From the NCBI GenBank assembly GCA_026387175.1, contig JAPLME010000012.1:5849-69848 (forward strand): a stretch of DNA of 64,000 nt, given 5' to 3'. The translations under genes and the position numbers were made by a program. Of this stretch, positions 8,859 through 18,505 are shown in pieces; position 1 is the first letter of the stretch, and every line of letters begins with the position of its first letter. The notes beneath the pieces were generated by a model. That model ran no database searches and was not told where the DNA came from. It worked only from the letters and a program-made list of their open reading frames with translations. This DNA is from Candidatus Omnitrophota bacterium. Lineage in GTDB: Bacteria > Omnitrophota > Gorgyraeia > 2-01-FULL-45-10.

Positions 8859-10574
8859 TTATTTGACTTTCTCCTGCACCTCTTTCTTCATCATCTGAAT
8901 AAACTCATCTATCATAAGGCGGCCCATCTCTCCCTGAGCTTTCGACCGCACCGAAAGCGATTCATCGGCTGCTTCTTTTTCGCCCACGATCAGCATATAA
9001 GGCACCTTCTCCACTTCCGCGTCGCGGACCTTTTTCTGGAGCCTTTCATTCCTGTGGTCGAGCTCCGCGCGAAAACCGTTCTCGGTCAACATCCTCTCCA
9101 CTTTCTTCGCATAGCTGATCACTTTCTCCGAAACCGGTATTATGATCACCTGCGTCGGGGATAACCATAGCGGCAGCGCCCCGGCAAAATGCTCAATGAG
9201 CGCTCCGGTAAATCTTTCGAGAGAGCCCAGGATAACGCGGTGCAGCATTATCGGCCGGTACTCTTTTCCGTCCTCGCCTATATATTTGAGATCGAATCTC
9301 TCCGGCAGCGCGAAGTCACATTGTATGGTCGCGCATTGCCATTCACGCTTTAAAGCGTCTTTTAACTTTATATCTATCTTAGGGCCGTAAAAAGCGCCGT
9401 CGCCTTCATTAACGCTGTATCTTATGTATTTTTTCTTTAACGCGCTTGAGAGCGCGTGATGCGCGGCGTCCCAGTCTTCGTCGTTCCCGATCGATTTAGC
9501 GGGCCTGGTCGATAGCTCGACCACGAAATCCTCGAAACCGAAGACATTTAACGTGTCTATTACAAAATCTATCACCTTTATTATCTCATCTTCCACCTGT
9601 TCCCTGAGGCAGAATATATGGGCGTCATCCTGCGTAAATCCTCTTACGCGCAATAGGCCGTGCAGCACTCCCGATTTTTCATTCCGGTAAACCGTGCCCA
9701 GCTCAAAATATTTTATCGGCAGGTCCTTGTAGCTCCTTGTCTTGGATTTATATACGAGTATATGGCCGGGGCAATTCATCGGTTTTATCGCATACTCCTG
9801 CCCCTCTATCTTAAATGTATACATATTCTCTTTATAATATTCGAAGTGCCCCGACTGTATCCATATGTCGCTCTTCATCACATGCGGGCCGACCACTAAC
9901 TGATAGCCGCGTTTTAAATGTTCTTTCCTTATATAATCCTCGATCAGGCACCGGAGCATCGCGCCCTTGGGATGGTAAAGGACAAGCCCGGGGCCCACCT
10001 CTTCATTAAAGCTGAAATATTCGAGCTGTTTGCCGAGAACCCTGTGGTCACGCTTGCGGGCCTCTTCCATAAGGGTCAGGTAGTTGCCGAGAGCTTCCTC
10101 TGTCTCGAAAGCCGTGCCATATATCCTCTGCAACATAGGGTTGGTCTCTATGCCGTGCCAATAAGCTCCCGCGATAGACAATAGTTTGAATGCTTTGACT
10201 TGTCCGGTCGACTCTATGTGCGGTCCGCGGCAGAGGTCAACAAAATTACCGTCTTTATAAATACTGACTTTCTCGTCCGGTATCTCTTTTATCAGTTCGA
10301 GCTTATACTTTTCACCCTTTTTCTTAAATAGCTTCGCCGCTTCTTCCTTGGTCAGTTCCGAATGTTCAAACTTATAGTCCGCCCGGATTATCTCGAGCAT
10401 CTTCTCCTCGATCTTTTCCAGGTCCTCGGGCTCAAAAGGTTCCGCTTTATCGAAATCGTAATAGAACCCGTCGGCGATCGAAGGGCCAATGCCGAGCTTA
10501 ACGTCCGGCCATAATACCTTCACCGCCTGCGCCATAATATGCGATGTGCTGTGCCTTAATATATTTAAGTCCAT
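8859..10574 (-). CDS. thrS: Threonine-tRNA ligase (lacks N-terminal TGS domain)
   Basis: RHSTSHIMAQAV, DLCRGPH, KPMNCPGH, RVRGFTQDDAH, GAFYGPK; the ORF-track start overlaps tRNA-Leu, so ATG at 10574 is used. Confidence 0.95.
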   Translation of the reverse strand: MDLNILRHSTSHIMAQAVKVLWPDVKLGIGPSIADGFYYDFDKAEPFEPEDLEKIEEKMLEIIRADYKFEHSELTKEEAAKLFKKKGEKYKLELIKEIPDEKVSIYKDGNFVDLCRGPHIESTGQVKAFKLLSIAGAYWHGIETNPMLQRIYGTAFETEEALGNYLTLMEEARKRDHRVLGKQLEYFSFNEEVGPGLVLYHPKGAMLRCLIEDYIRKEHLKRGYQLVVGPHVMKSDIWIQSGHFEYYKENMYTFKIEGQEYAIKPMNCPGHILVYKSKTRSYKDLPIKYFELGTVYRNEKSGVLHGLLRVRGFTQDDAHIFCLREQVEDEIIKVIDFVIDTLNVFGFEDFVVELSTRPAKSIGNDEDWDAAHHALSSALKKKYIRYSVNEGDGAFYGPKIDIKLKDALKREWQCATIQCDFALPERFDLKYIGEDGKEYRPIMLHRVILGSLERFTGALIEHFAGALPLWLSPTQVIIIPVSEKVISYAKKVERMLTENGFRAELDHRNERLQKKVRDAEVEKVPYMLIVGEKEAADESLSVRSKAQGEMGRLMIDEFIQMMKKEVQEKVK

Positions 10575-10600
10575 AAGTTCCTTGTCTTGGCAAAGTAAAA

Positions 10601-10687
10601 TGGTGCCGGGAGAGGGGGTCGAACCCACATGGCCTTGCGGCCGAGGGATTTTAAATCCCTTGCGTCTGCCAATTTCGCCATCCCGGC
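10601..10687 (-). tRNA. tRNA-Leu(TAA)
   Basis: GCCGGGA acceptor, AGGGA-TTTAAAA-TCCCT anticodon arm, long variable arm, GGTTCGA, CCA. Confidence 0.95.
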
Positions 10688-10700
10688 TGACTTTTCCTGC

Positions 10701-10742
10701 GCAGTAGAGGACTCGCTTCGAGTCCTCCCGAGCTTACCATAT
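10701..10742 (-). repeat. Inverted plus direct duplication of the tRNA-Val(GAC) 3' end ('empty' tRNA-anchored element)
   Basis: Minus strand TGGTaaGCtcggGAGGACTCGAA-G-CGAGTCCTCTACTGC: antisense of the tRNA T-arm/CCA, then a 15-nt exact direct copy. Confidence 0.75.
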
Positions 10743-10769
10743 AAAACAATTGTCAAACTACAGTTAATA

Positions 10770-10846
10770 TGGTGGGCAGTAGAGGACTCGAACCTCTGAC
10801 CCCCACGATGTCAACGTGGTGCGCTAACCAACTGCGCTAACTGCCC
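10770..10846 (-). tRNA. tRNA-Val(GAC)
   Basis: GGGCAGT acceptor, CCACG-TTGACAT-CGTGG, GGTTCGAGTCC, CCA. Confidence 0.95.
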
Positions 10847-10891
10847 ATGCTACACTTATTGATATGTCCCGCAGCAAACTCGGTGCAAAAT

Positions 10892-10966
<75 letters not shown>

Positions 10967-10992
10967 GTAAAGTTGTTTGGCGGACAGGCCCT

Positions 10993-11451
10993 CTAGCGTG
11001 CCGCGCCCGCCGCCCATTCGACGGAACCATCCACTCTCAATACGTTCCTGCCTCTTTTCTGGTGGTTCCCGTCGAGGTCTTCCACTATAATCTCTTTAAG
11101 CGGCGAAATCTCTGTGAGCCCGAATGTATATTTATATTCGGGTTTTTCTTTAGTGCCTATATTTTTAGTCGCGGGGCAATCGAAAACATTCTCCGCATCC
11201 ACATATCGCGGATAAAGCTCACCCAGCGCGCCCGGAAAAGAATCATTATGGTCCGCGGCATATGCGTGAAGGCCCAGGCTTATCTTTCTCAGATTATTGG
11301 CGCAGCCAAACCTGCGCGACCTGGCCTTCGCCATATTCACAAATGGTGTAAGGGCCCCTATTATTAATAAAAATACCGAGACTACCGCGACAAGCTCTAT
11401 AATGGTAACCCCTTTATTCTTAGTATGTTGTACCAATAAGACGCTTCTCAT
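10993..11451 (-). CDS. Prepilin-like protein (DUF1559/H-X9-DG type)
   Basis: G|VTIIELVAV prepilin cleavage motif, CANNLRKISLGLHAY, C-terminal H...NVLRVDG, a family typical of PVC bacteria. Confidence 0.75.
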   Translation of the reverse strand: MRSVLLVQHTKNKGVTIIELVAVVSVFLLIIGALTPFVNMAKARSRRFGCANNLRKISLGLHAYAADHNDSFPGALGELYPRYVDAENVFDCPATKNIGTKEKPEYKYTFGLTEISPLKEIIVEDLDGNHQKRGRNVLRVDGSVEWAAGAAR

Positions 11452-11470
11452 ATAGTCCCCAAAATTTTTA

Positions 11471-12127
11471 CTATATATTAAAACTTAATATCTTGTCAAG
11501 GATAATATGGGACAGCTCTCTCTTGTACCGATTGCGCACCCTGATCTTGTTGCCCAGCTTGTCTATTATCACTATATCCGATCTATTATCGCCGAATACG
11601 CGCGAACGCCTGTTTAAGGAGTTTGCCACAATTATATCGGCATTTTTACCCAGGAGCTTCTTCAAGGCGTTCTTCTCGAGGTTTTCTGTCTCGAGAGCGA
11701 ATCCCGCCACCACCCTGCCAGCCTTATGAGCGCATATCTCGCTCAATATATCCGGGTTCTCTACCAGTTCGAGAGTAATTTTACCTAAAGAGCGCTTGAT
11801 CTTGCGCGAGGAGGCTTTTTTCGGCCTCCAATCGGAGACTGCGGCGGCCATTATCACGTAATCCGCCCCCTTAAGCTCCGAGAGCGCCGCATTTCTCATT
11901 TCGAGGGCGCTCTCCACGCCTATGAGCTTAACTCCTTGCGGCGCTTTAAGATGCGTCGGACCGCTCACAAGTGTGACGCGCGCTCCCCGCCTTACCGCTT
12001 CACCGGCCAATTCATATCCGAAAATTCCTGTGGAATAATTCGATATGAACCGCACAGGGTCTATCTTCTCTCGTGTGGGCCCTGCGGTTATGAGTATGGA
12101 GGGTCTTTTTTTGACGATGGCGCTCAC
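11471..12127 (-). CDS. coaB: Phosphopantothenate-cysteine ligase
   Basis: ITAGPTREKIDPVRFISNYSTG, AAAVSDW, GFALET. Confidence 0.93.
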   Translation of the reverse strand: MSAIVKKRPSILITAGPTREKIDPVRFISNYSTGIFGYELAGEAVRRGARVTLVSGPTHLKAPQGVKLIGVESALEMRNAALSELKGADYVIMAAAVSDWRPKKASSRKIKRSLGKITLELVENPDILSEICAHKAGRVVAGFALETENLEKNALKKLLGKNADIIVANSLNRRSRVFGDNRSDIVIIDKLGNKIRVRNRYKRELSHIILDKILSFNI

Positions 12128-12669
12128 TTCGCCAGCCTTTTCGCTTCCGCCAGAATATCGGCTAAATCTGCTATATGGCCCATGGCTTCACATCCGCAGG
12201 CCAGATGCCCTTTTATAGGGCCTATAAAATGATACCCTATCTTTTTCAATTTCGCTATATTCTCCTGGACGATCCTGTGCTCATACATCTTATCGTTCAT
12301 GGCAGGCGCTATCAAGACGGGGGCATCGGAAGCGAATACAGTGCATGTCAATATATCATCGCATATACCTGAGGCGAGCTTCGCTATTATGTTTGCCGTA
12401 GCGGGCGCTATCAATATGAGGTCCGCCTCTTCAGCCAGAGATGTGTGGACGGGATTCCACTCCTCGGGGCTTTCAAACATATCCATAATCACTTTATTTT
12501 TTGAAAGCGTCTGGAGCGTGAGCGCCGTTACAAACTCTTTTCCTTCTTTAGTAAGCAGTATCCTGACATTAAAGCCCTCTTTTTTAAGCAGGCTTGTCAG
12601 TTCGCATGCCTTGTAGGCGGCGATCGAACCTGTAACGCCAAAAATTATGGTCTTTTTATCTTTTTTCAC
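12124..12669 (-). CDS. coaC: Phosphopantothenoylcysteine decarboxylase
   Basis: GVTGSIAAYKA, APATAN, APAMN, LACG. Confidence 0.93.
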   Translation of the reverse strand: MKKDKKTIIFGVTGSIAAYKACELTSLLKKEGFNVRILLTKEGKEFVTALTLQTLSKNKVIMDMFESPEEWNPVHTSLAEEADLILIAPATANIIAKLASGICDDILTCTVFASDAPVLIAPAMNDKMYEHRIVQENIAKLKKIGYHFIGPIKGHLACGCEAMGHIADLADILAEAKRLAK

Positions 12670-12869
12670 TTGCCTGGATTTATTTTGTAGGATATTTTAC
12701 CCTGTGATATCTCTTCTATGGCCACGTTCATCGCCTTGGCATTAGGCGGCGCATCTATGAGCCTTGCCGCGCCCTCGCTAAGCTCTATAGCCCTTCGGGA
12801 AGCCAGTATCACCAGCTTATAAGAGCTTCCTGTTTGATTAAAAAGATGCGCTATATCAACTTTATGCAT
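12666..12869 (-). CDS. rpoZ: RNA polymerase omega subunit
   Basis: SSYKLVILASRRA...AIEEI; gmk-rpoZ-coaBC synteny. Confidence 0.9.
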   Translation of the reverse strand: MHKVDIAHLFNQTGSSYKLVILASRRAIELSEGAARLIDAPPNAKAMNVAIEEISQGKISYKINPGK

Positions 12870-13461
12870 TCTTCGTCTCCTCCAATTCCTTTATCACTAT
12901 TCTTTTAAGGGTTTTGTAAGCGTCTTCCAGCTTATCATTTACTATCCTGTAATCGTATCTGCGCTTGTAAGCCATCTCTTTTTTGGCCAGCGACAGCCTT
13001 CTCTCCACGGCCGCAGGTGTTTCCGATCTGCGCAGATTAAGCCGGGTTTTCAATGCTTTTATCGACGGCGGTAATATAAATATCAGGACGCTGTTCTTCG
13101 GGTATGAGCGCCTGATCTTCATCGCGCCCTTAACATCTATGCTAAGGAGAACGGGTTTGCCTTTGGCGAGGTTGGCCTTTACGAATCTCGCGGGCGTTCC
13201 ATAGAGGTTGCCGAAATTCTCTTCATGCTCCAGAAAGGCCCTCTTCGTCACCATCCCGAGGAAGCGTCTTCTCGAAACGAAGAGATAGTCGATGCCTTCT
13301 CTCTCCCCGGGCCTGGGATGCCGGGTCGTCATCGAAATCGAATTAGCGAGCCCGAACCCATCCCTTAGAAGCCTGTCGCAGAGCGTAGTCTTGCCGCACC
13401 CCGATGGCGCGGATATTACGAACACTTTGGCTTTGTGGCTTCGGATAGCAGATCTTCTCAC
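12862..13461 (-). CDS. gmk: Guanylate kinase
   Basis: SAPSGCGKTT, TTRHPRPGE, YGT. Confidence 0.95.
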   Translation of the reverse strand: MRRSAIRSHKAKVFVISAPSGCGKTTLCDRLLRDGFGLANSISMTTRHPRPGEREGIDYLFVSRRRFLGMVTKRAFLEHEENFGNLYGTPARFVKANLAKGKPVLLSIDVKGAMKIRRSYPKNSVLIFILPPSIKALKTRLNLRRSETPAAVERRLSLAKKEMAYKRRYDYRIVNDKLEDAYKTLKRIVIKELEETKNA

Positions 13462-14336
13462 TCTAGGTTCTTCGCCTGTTCCCTGATCTTTTCTATCTCG
13501 CTCTTTATCTCGATGACATTCTTTGAGATCTTGAAATCGCTCGCCTTGGAGCCTATCGTATTTATTTCCCTGTGAAGCTCCTGCGCTATGAAGTCCAGCT
13601 TCTTCCCGACCTCTTCGCCGGAGGATAGTGTCTTGCTGAAATTTTCCAGATGATTTTTAAGCCTGGTGATCTCTTCTGAGATATCGCAGTTCTTCGCGAA
13701 TATAGCCACTTCCATCTCGAGCCTGCCTATATCGATATCGCGCCCGCCGGTCAGCGCCTTTACCCTCGTCTCAAATCTCTTACGGTATTCGTCGATATTA
13801 AGGTGCGCCCTTGACCTTATCGAAGCGAGCAGCTTCAGTATCTTCTTCACTCTCGTCGAAAGATCGATCGAAAGCGCCTTTCCCTCCTTGGCCCTGTCTA
13901 TAACAAGGTTCCGCATGGCATTCTCGATAGCGGACTTTACCTTTGGCCAGGCTTTCGCGAGATCCCCTTCCCCTGCCTCATAATTCAGGACTCCGGGTAA
14001 CGCCACTAATTCTTTTATTGTTATATCTCCGGAAAGGCCGAGATGCTTCTTCAGCTTAATAAGTTCGTCGTGATAATTTCTCGCGGCTTCCTTATTTATG
14101 GCGAAACGCTCGTCCTTTAACAATGTCCCGTCACATGTTAAATTAAGGCTGACCTTGCCGCGCATGATCTTTTTCTGAAGGACTTCCTTTATCTTCTCTT
14201 CGAAGACAGCCAGATTGCTCGGGAGTTTAATGGCCGCATCAAAAAATTTGTGGTTCACCGTCTTTATCTCGACGGAGATTTTACCGTTTTTGACTTTAAC
14301 GGCTCCCCTGCCGAAACCTGTCATCGATCTTATCAT
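13458..14336 (-). CDS. yicC: YicC/YloC endoribonuclease
   Basis: MIRSMTGFG, GKKLDFIAQELHREINTIGSK. Confidence 0.93.
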   Translation of the reverse strand: MIRSMTGFGRGAVKVKNGKISVEIKTVNHKFFDAAIKLPSNLAVFEEKIKEVLQKKIMRGKVSLNLTCDGTLLKDERFAINKEAARNYHDELIKLKKHLGLSGDITIKELVALPGVLNYEAGEGDLAKAWPKVKSAIENAMRNLVIDRAKEGKALSIDLSTRVKKILKLLASIRSRAHLNIDEYRKRFETRVKALTGGRDIDIGRLEMEVAIFAKNCDISEEITRLKNHLENFSKTLSSGEEVGKKLDFIAQELHREINTIGSKASDFKISKNVIEIKSEIEKIREQAKNLE

Positions 14337-14348
14337 CGTTTGTTCCCT

Positions 14349-14846
14349 TTAAGCCCAGACTCTTTTTTCGATCGTCGCTTTGACCTTTTTCGACGGGTAG
14401 AGGTCCGTTATTATCTCATCCGGTGAAAACCAGAGCTTTATTTCCCTCTCCGCTTCCTCGAGATTGGCCGACGCGTGGATAACGTTTTCGTAAACACCCT
14501 TCGTCGTGATGCGCCCGTAAGCGCCCCTTATCGATATGGGGTCTGCCTCTTCCGGGTTCGTGGCGCCGCAGATCTTCCTTACTTTCCCGATCGCGTCATC
14601 GCCCCAGTAGACAAGCGCCATCACTTTTTTCTTGTGGTAGGCCCCCATGATATATTTGATGAGGTCCGTGAAAAACGGCTTGTCTTTCAATAATGCGTAG
14701 TGCTGCTCCGCAAGCTCTTTAGATACCTGGACGATCCTGCACGCGACTATTTCGAGTTTCGTTTCGGACAGCCTGGTGAGCACGTTACCCGTAAGGGATT
14801 TACTCAATCCATCGGGCTTGATCAATACTAACGTCTGTTCTGCCAT
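14349..14846 (-). CDS. ndk: Nucleoside diphosphate kinase
   Basis: TLVLIKPDG, GATNP, NVIHAS. Confidence 0.93.
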   Translation of the reverse strand: MAEQTLVLIKPDGLSKSLTGNVLTRLSETKLEIVACRIVQVSKELAEQHYALLKDKPFFTDLIKYIMGAYHKKKVMALVYWGDDAIGKVRKICGATNPEEADPISIRGAYGRITTKGVYENVIHASANLEEAEREIKLWFSPDEIITDLYPSKKVKATIEKRVWA

Positions 14847-14898
14847 AATCTCCTCTCTATGTTTATTATTATATCTTAATCAATTTGAGGGGTCTTCG

Positions 14899-15774
14899 TC
14901 AAGGCTTTTTCGTGTTAAGCATATCCAGTATGCGGTTCATATCATCGGTCGAATAGTATTCTATCTGGATAACTCCTCGTTTTTTACCGTGGGTTATGCG
15001 GACGCGCGTCCCGAATAGCTGCTGCAACTGGCTCTCAATATCTATTATGCTCTGATCCTTCCTTATCTCCACCGCAGGCTTAGCCCCGCTCATCCTGCGG
15101 GCAACCAGGCATTCGGTCTCTCTGACCGAAAGGCCTTTTTTAACTATCAGGTTGCAGACCCTCAGCTGATCTGTTTCCGCCGGAAGCGACAGGATCGCTT
15201 TAGCGTGCCCGGCAGTTATAATGTTCTTTGAAATATAGTCCTGTATCTTCTTCGGCAAGCCCAATAGCCTTATAGTATTAGCTATTGTCGAGCGGTCCTT
15301 GCCGAGCGCTGTGGCGATCTTCTCCTGCGTGAAATTAAAATCCGTGATGAGTTTCTGGAAAGCGAATGCCTCTTCTACGGGATTTAACTCTTCGCGCTGT
15401 ATATTCTCTATAAGCGAAATCTCCACCATATCGATATCGGTGACATTCCTCACTATAGCGGGTATCTTCTCTATCCCTATCGCCCGCACCGCCCTGAGAC
15501 GCCTCTCTCCCGCTATCAGTTCATATCCATCCGCTGTCTTCCTGACCAGGACGGGCTGGATAACCCCTTTTTCTTTGATAGAGCTTATAAGCTCGTTTAA
15601 TTTTTCCTGATTAAAATCCGTACGAGGCTGATATTTATTAGTTGTGATCCGCGCAGTATCTATATGCAGGATCTGTTCATTGCCTGACTGCTTCAGATTG
15701 GCAGAAGATGCTGATACAACTGCAGTCGGCGTCAATAGCGCATCTAAACCCCGGCCCAATGCTCTCTTTTCCAT
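14899..15774 (-). CDS. parB: Chromosome partitioning protein ParB
   Basis: ALGRGLDAL, QPR, IAGERRLRA, ENIQRE. Confidence 0.95.
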   Translation of the reverse strand: MEKRALGRGLDALLTPTAVVSASSANLKQSGNEQILHIDTARITTNKYQPRTDFNQEKLNELISSIKEKGVIQPVLVRKTADGYELIAGERRLRAVRAIGIEKIPAIVRNVTDIDMVEISLIENIQREELNPVEEAFAFQKLITDFNFTQEKIATALGKDRSTIANTIRLLGLPKKIQDYISKNIITAGHAKAILSLPAETDQLRVCNLIVKKGLSVRETECLVARRMSGAKPAVEIRKDQSIIDIESQLQQLFGTRVRITHGKKRGVIQIEYYSTDDMNRILDMLNTKKP

Positions 15775-16601
15775 TATTTAACCTCCGCTTCACTAATATT
15801 CTGCAAGTTATTGCTACTATTGAAGTTATCTTTCATTTCTTTCTCAACGCCTAACAATTCATTTACAAAATCCTGATATTTCTGGGCACCAATAGAATGC
15901 TTATCATAAAGCGCTATTGGTTTGCCAAAACCAGGCGCTTCAGTAAGCTTAACATTTCTTGGTATAACAGTATTATAGACCTTGCCTTTGAAAAAATTCC
16001 TCGCTTCATTAATCACTTCATTTGTTAAATTTGTCCTGAAATCTGCCATTGTAAGCAGAACACCTTCGATATTTAAAGCAGAATTTATGTTTTCCTTAAC
16101 AAGGTTTATTGTATTAACTAACTGGCTGAGGCCCTCCAAGGCATAATATTCACATTGTACCGGTATCAGGACAGAATCTGCTGCAGCAAGCGCATTTATC
16201 GTTAAAAGTCCAAGCGATGGAGGACAGTCTATTATTATGAAATCATATTCGGGGAGTATAGCCGCTATTGCTTTTTTCAGCTTGTATTCTCGCCCCATTA
16301 TACCTACAAGCTCTACTTCCGCGCCGGTTAAACTCAATGTGGAAGGGATAATTGAAAAATGATCTATACCACTGCTTATTATAATAGATCTGGGGTCAGC
16401 ATCTTCGATAAGCATTTCATATACACTTGCTTTGATATTATGCTTATTTATACCGAGACCGCTGGTGGCATTACCTTGGGGATCTATATCTATAAGTAGG
16501 GTTCTTTTGCCTGAAAAGGCTAAAAATGTGGCAAGATTAATAGCAGTTGTCGTCTTCCCGACACCGCCTTTTTGATTGCATATAGCGATTGTTCTAGACA
16601 T
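15774..16601 (-). CDS. parA: Chromosome partitioning ATPase ParA/Soj
   Basis: NQKGGVGKTT, DPQGN, DCPPSLG, PVQCEYYALEG. Confidence 0.95.
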   Translation of the reverse strand: MSRTIAICNQKGGVGKTTTAINLATFLAFSGKRTLLIDIDPQGNATSGLGINKHNIKASVYEMLIEDADPRSIIISSGIDHFSIIPSTLSLTGAEVELVGIMGREYKLKKAIAAILPEYDFIIIDCPPSLGLLTINALAAADSVLIPVQCEYYALEGLSQLVNTINLVKENINSALNIEGVLLTMADFRTNLTNEVINEARNFFKGKVYNTVIPRNVKLTEAPGFGKPIALYDKHSIGAQKYQDFVNELLGVEKEMKDNFNSSNNLQNISEAEVK

Positions 16602-16610
16602 TCGTATTAA

Positions 16611-16626
16611 TTTTCCACGTGGAACA
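16611..16626. promoter_or_regulatory. parS site
   Basis: TTTTCCACGTGGAACA, one mismatch from TGTTCCACGTGGAACA, just upstream of the parA start. Confidence 0.8.
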
Positions 16627-16702
16627 ATAATAACTTATTGGAAATTTTTATACTCTATTTCTCAAAAGTCTACACTATATTAGCTAAAAAGTCAAGGTTA
16701 TG

Positions 16703-18280
16703 CTAACTATTCTTAGCTAACGAGGCCTGCTCGGTTATTGTTAATAAAGTGTTAACAACCCAATATAAAACAAGCCCCGATGGCATACTGTAAAATATAA
16801 AGCCGAATACTATCGGCATGATAATCAACATCATCTTTTGCTGCTCTTTTTGCTCAGCCGTAACGGCACTGCCCATCGTCTTAGTGGAGATCTTCTGCTG
16901 CATAACCATGGCCGCTACCATTATGATAGGAAGAATATTTATGCTATTGCCGATTAAGGGCAGAGTAAAGGGCAGCCTGACCGCATCCGGGGAGGACAGA
17001 TCTCTTATCCAGAAGAAACTTGCATTACGCAGCTCTATGGATTTCATCAGCGCTGAATACAAAGCTATGAATATCGGCATCTGGAGCAGTATTGGCAGAC
17101 AGCCGCTCAATGGGTTAATCTTATATTTCTTATATAACTCCATTATCGCCTTATTCAATTTATCCGGGCTATCCTTATACTGCTTCTTCAGCTGTTCCAT
17201 TTGAGGATGTAATTCTTGCATCTTCTGCATGGACTTAAAGCTTTTTACAGTGAGGGGGAATAGAATGATATTCAAAAACACCGACAGCAATATTATCGAA
17301 AATCCCCAGCTGCGTGTTACAAGATGAAAAAATCCCATTACAGTTATCATTACTTTGCTTATTCCGCCGAAGAATCCATAATTAACCGTTGTCTCAAGCC
17401 CATAATTCAGTTCCTTCAATGCGGGTATACTGCTTGGCCCTGCATATAGAACAAACTTATTATCTATGAAAGAATTTGGCTGAATAGTAACAGCATCTGT
17501 ATCTATCCCCATCACCAGGGCGCCGCTTTTACCCTCGCTATAAAATTGGGATTTGGTGGATATGAATGGTTTCAGCACGAGCGAAAAATATTTATTTTTA
17601 AGAGTTGACCAGCCTACGATCCCTAAATTAATTATACGCTGGCCCGGCTTCGGCCTTTTAAAGCCCAGTGTCTTACCGTTTATATCAGCAGTGACTTCAA
17701 CAAATCTCTTATCCTGATTATTAACTTCGGATATGCCGGCGCCTCCTATTATCCTATAACTAAATTGTTTTGACGATCCCGAGATATTTTTTACTAAAAT
17801 GTCTAAACCTATGCCGTGCTTAGACTTATATAATGTGTACCTTTTTGTTATTTCAAGATCGCCCGTTCTAAGAATATAAGTCACCGTCTCTCCGGAGACC
17901 TGTGATGAGTAAAGAGCATTATCTATATCGGTATTAGTTACGCTACTGATATTTAGCAAGTATTCTGCCGGGTTAGTTAATTTTACCAAATCTAAGTTTT
18001 CAGTTGAATTAGATGCTTTAAAGTCTTTAAGCCTGATCTTCTTTATCGCGCCGCCTATATTACTGAATGTCAATATGTAGGTGCCGGTTTCGGCTTCGAG
18101 CTCTTTTTCCTCGACGCTAGGAGTAACTTGCTGTATAATTCCGGCATCTTTGGCAGGTTCTGCCGCTACCGGACTGGCTGCTTCGCGTGGCGGCACAGTA
18201 ACTGGTTTGGGCGATAGAAATTGGAAGGTCACAACGATAAGAACCGATAGTGCTATGGCTAATATCAGCCTTTTTTCCAT
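16703..18280 (-). CDS. yidC: Membrane protein insertase YidC
   Basis: Large periplasmic domain; NPLSGCLPILLQMPIF, PSGLVLYW. Confidence 0.95.
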   Translation of the reverse strand: MEKRLILAIALSVLIVVTFQFLSPKPVTVPPREAASPVAAEPAKDAGIIQQVTPSVEEKELEAETGTYILTFSNIGGAIKKIRLKDFKASNSTENLDLVKLTNPAEYLLNISSVTNTDIDNALYSSQVSGETVTYILRTGDLEITKRYTLYKSKHGIGLDILVKNISGSSKQFSYRIIGGAGISEVNNQDKRFVEVTADINGKTLGFKRPKPGQRIINLGIVGWSTLKNKYFSLVLKPFISTKSQFYSEGKSGALVMGIDTDAVTIQPNSFIDNKFVLYAGPSSIPALKELNYGLETTVNYGFFGGISKVMITVMGFFHLVTRSWGFSIILLSVFLNIILFPLTVKSFKSMQKMQELHPQMEQLKKQYKDSPDKLNKAIMELYKKYKINPLSGCLPILLQMPIFIALYSALMKSIELRNASFFWIRDLSSPDAVRLPFTLPLIGNSINILPIIMVAAMVMQQKISTKTMGSAVTAEQKEQQKMMLIIMPIVFGFIFYSMPSGLVLYWVVNTLLTITEQASLAKNS

Positions 18281-18286
18281 TTTAGC

Positions 18287-18505
18287 TTACCTTACTGGAT
18301 CGTAGCCGCCTTGTGAAAATGGATGACAGCGCAGTATCCTTTTTAATCCCTTAAATGATCCGGAGAATATTCCGTATTTTTCGATCGCTTCTATAGTATA
18401 TTCTGAGCAGGATGGGTAGAACCTGCAACATTGTATGTTCATGGGCGACAAATACTTACGATAAAACTTCAAAATAGAAATTGCGCCGATTTTTAAATAT
18501 CTCAT
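18287..18505 (-). CDS. yidD: Membrane protein insertion efficiency factor
   Basis: [24 protein letters not shown]; ATG at 18505 coupled to the rnpA stop. Confidence 0.93.
   Translation of the reverse strand: MRYLKIGAISILKFYRKYLSPMNIQCCRFYPSCSEYTIEAIEKYGIFSGSFKGLKRILRCHPFSQGGYDPVR

Noticed and set aside
10575-10628. ORF-track N-terminal extension of ThrS
   Set aside because: Overlaps tRNA-Leu; the real start is ATG 10574.
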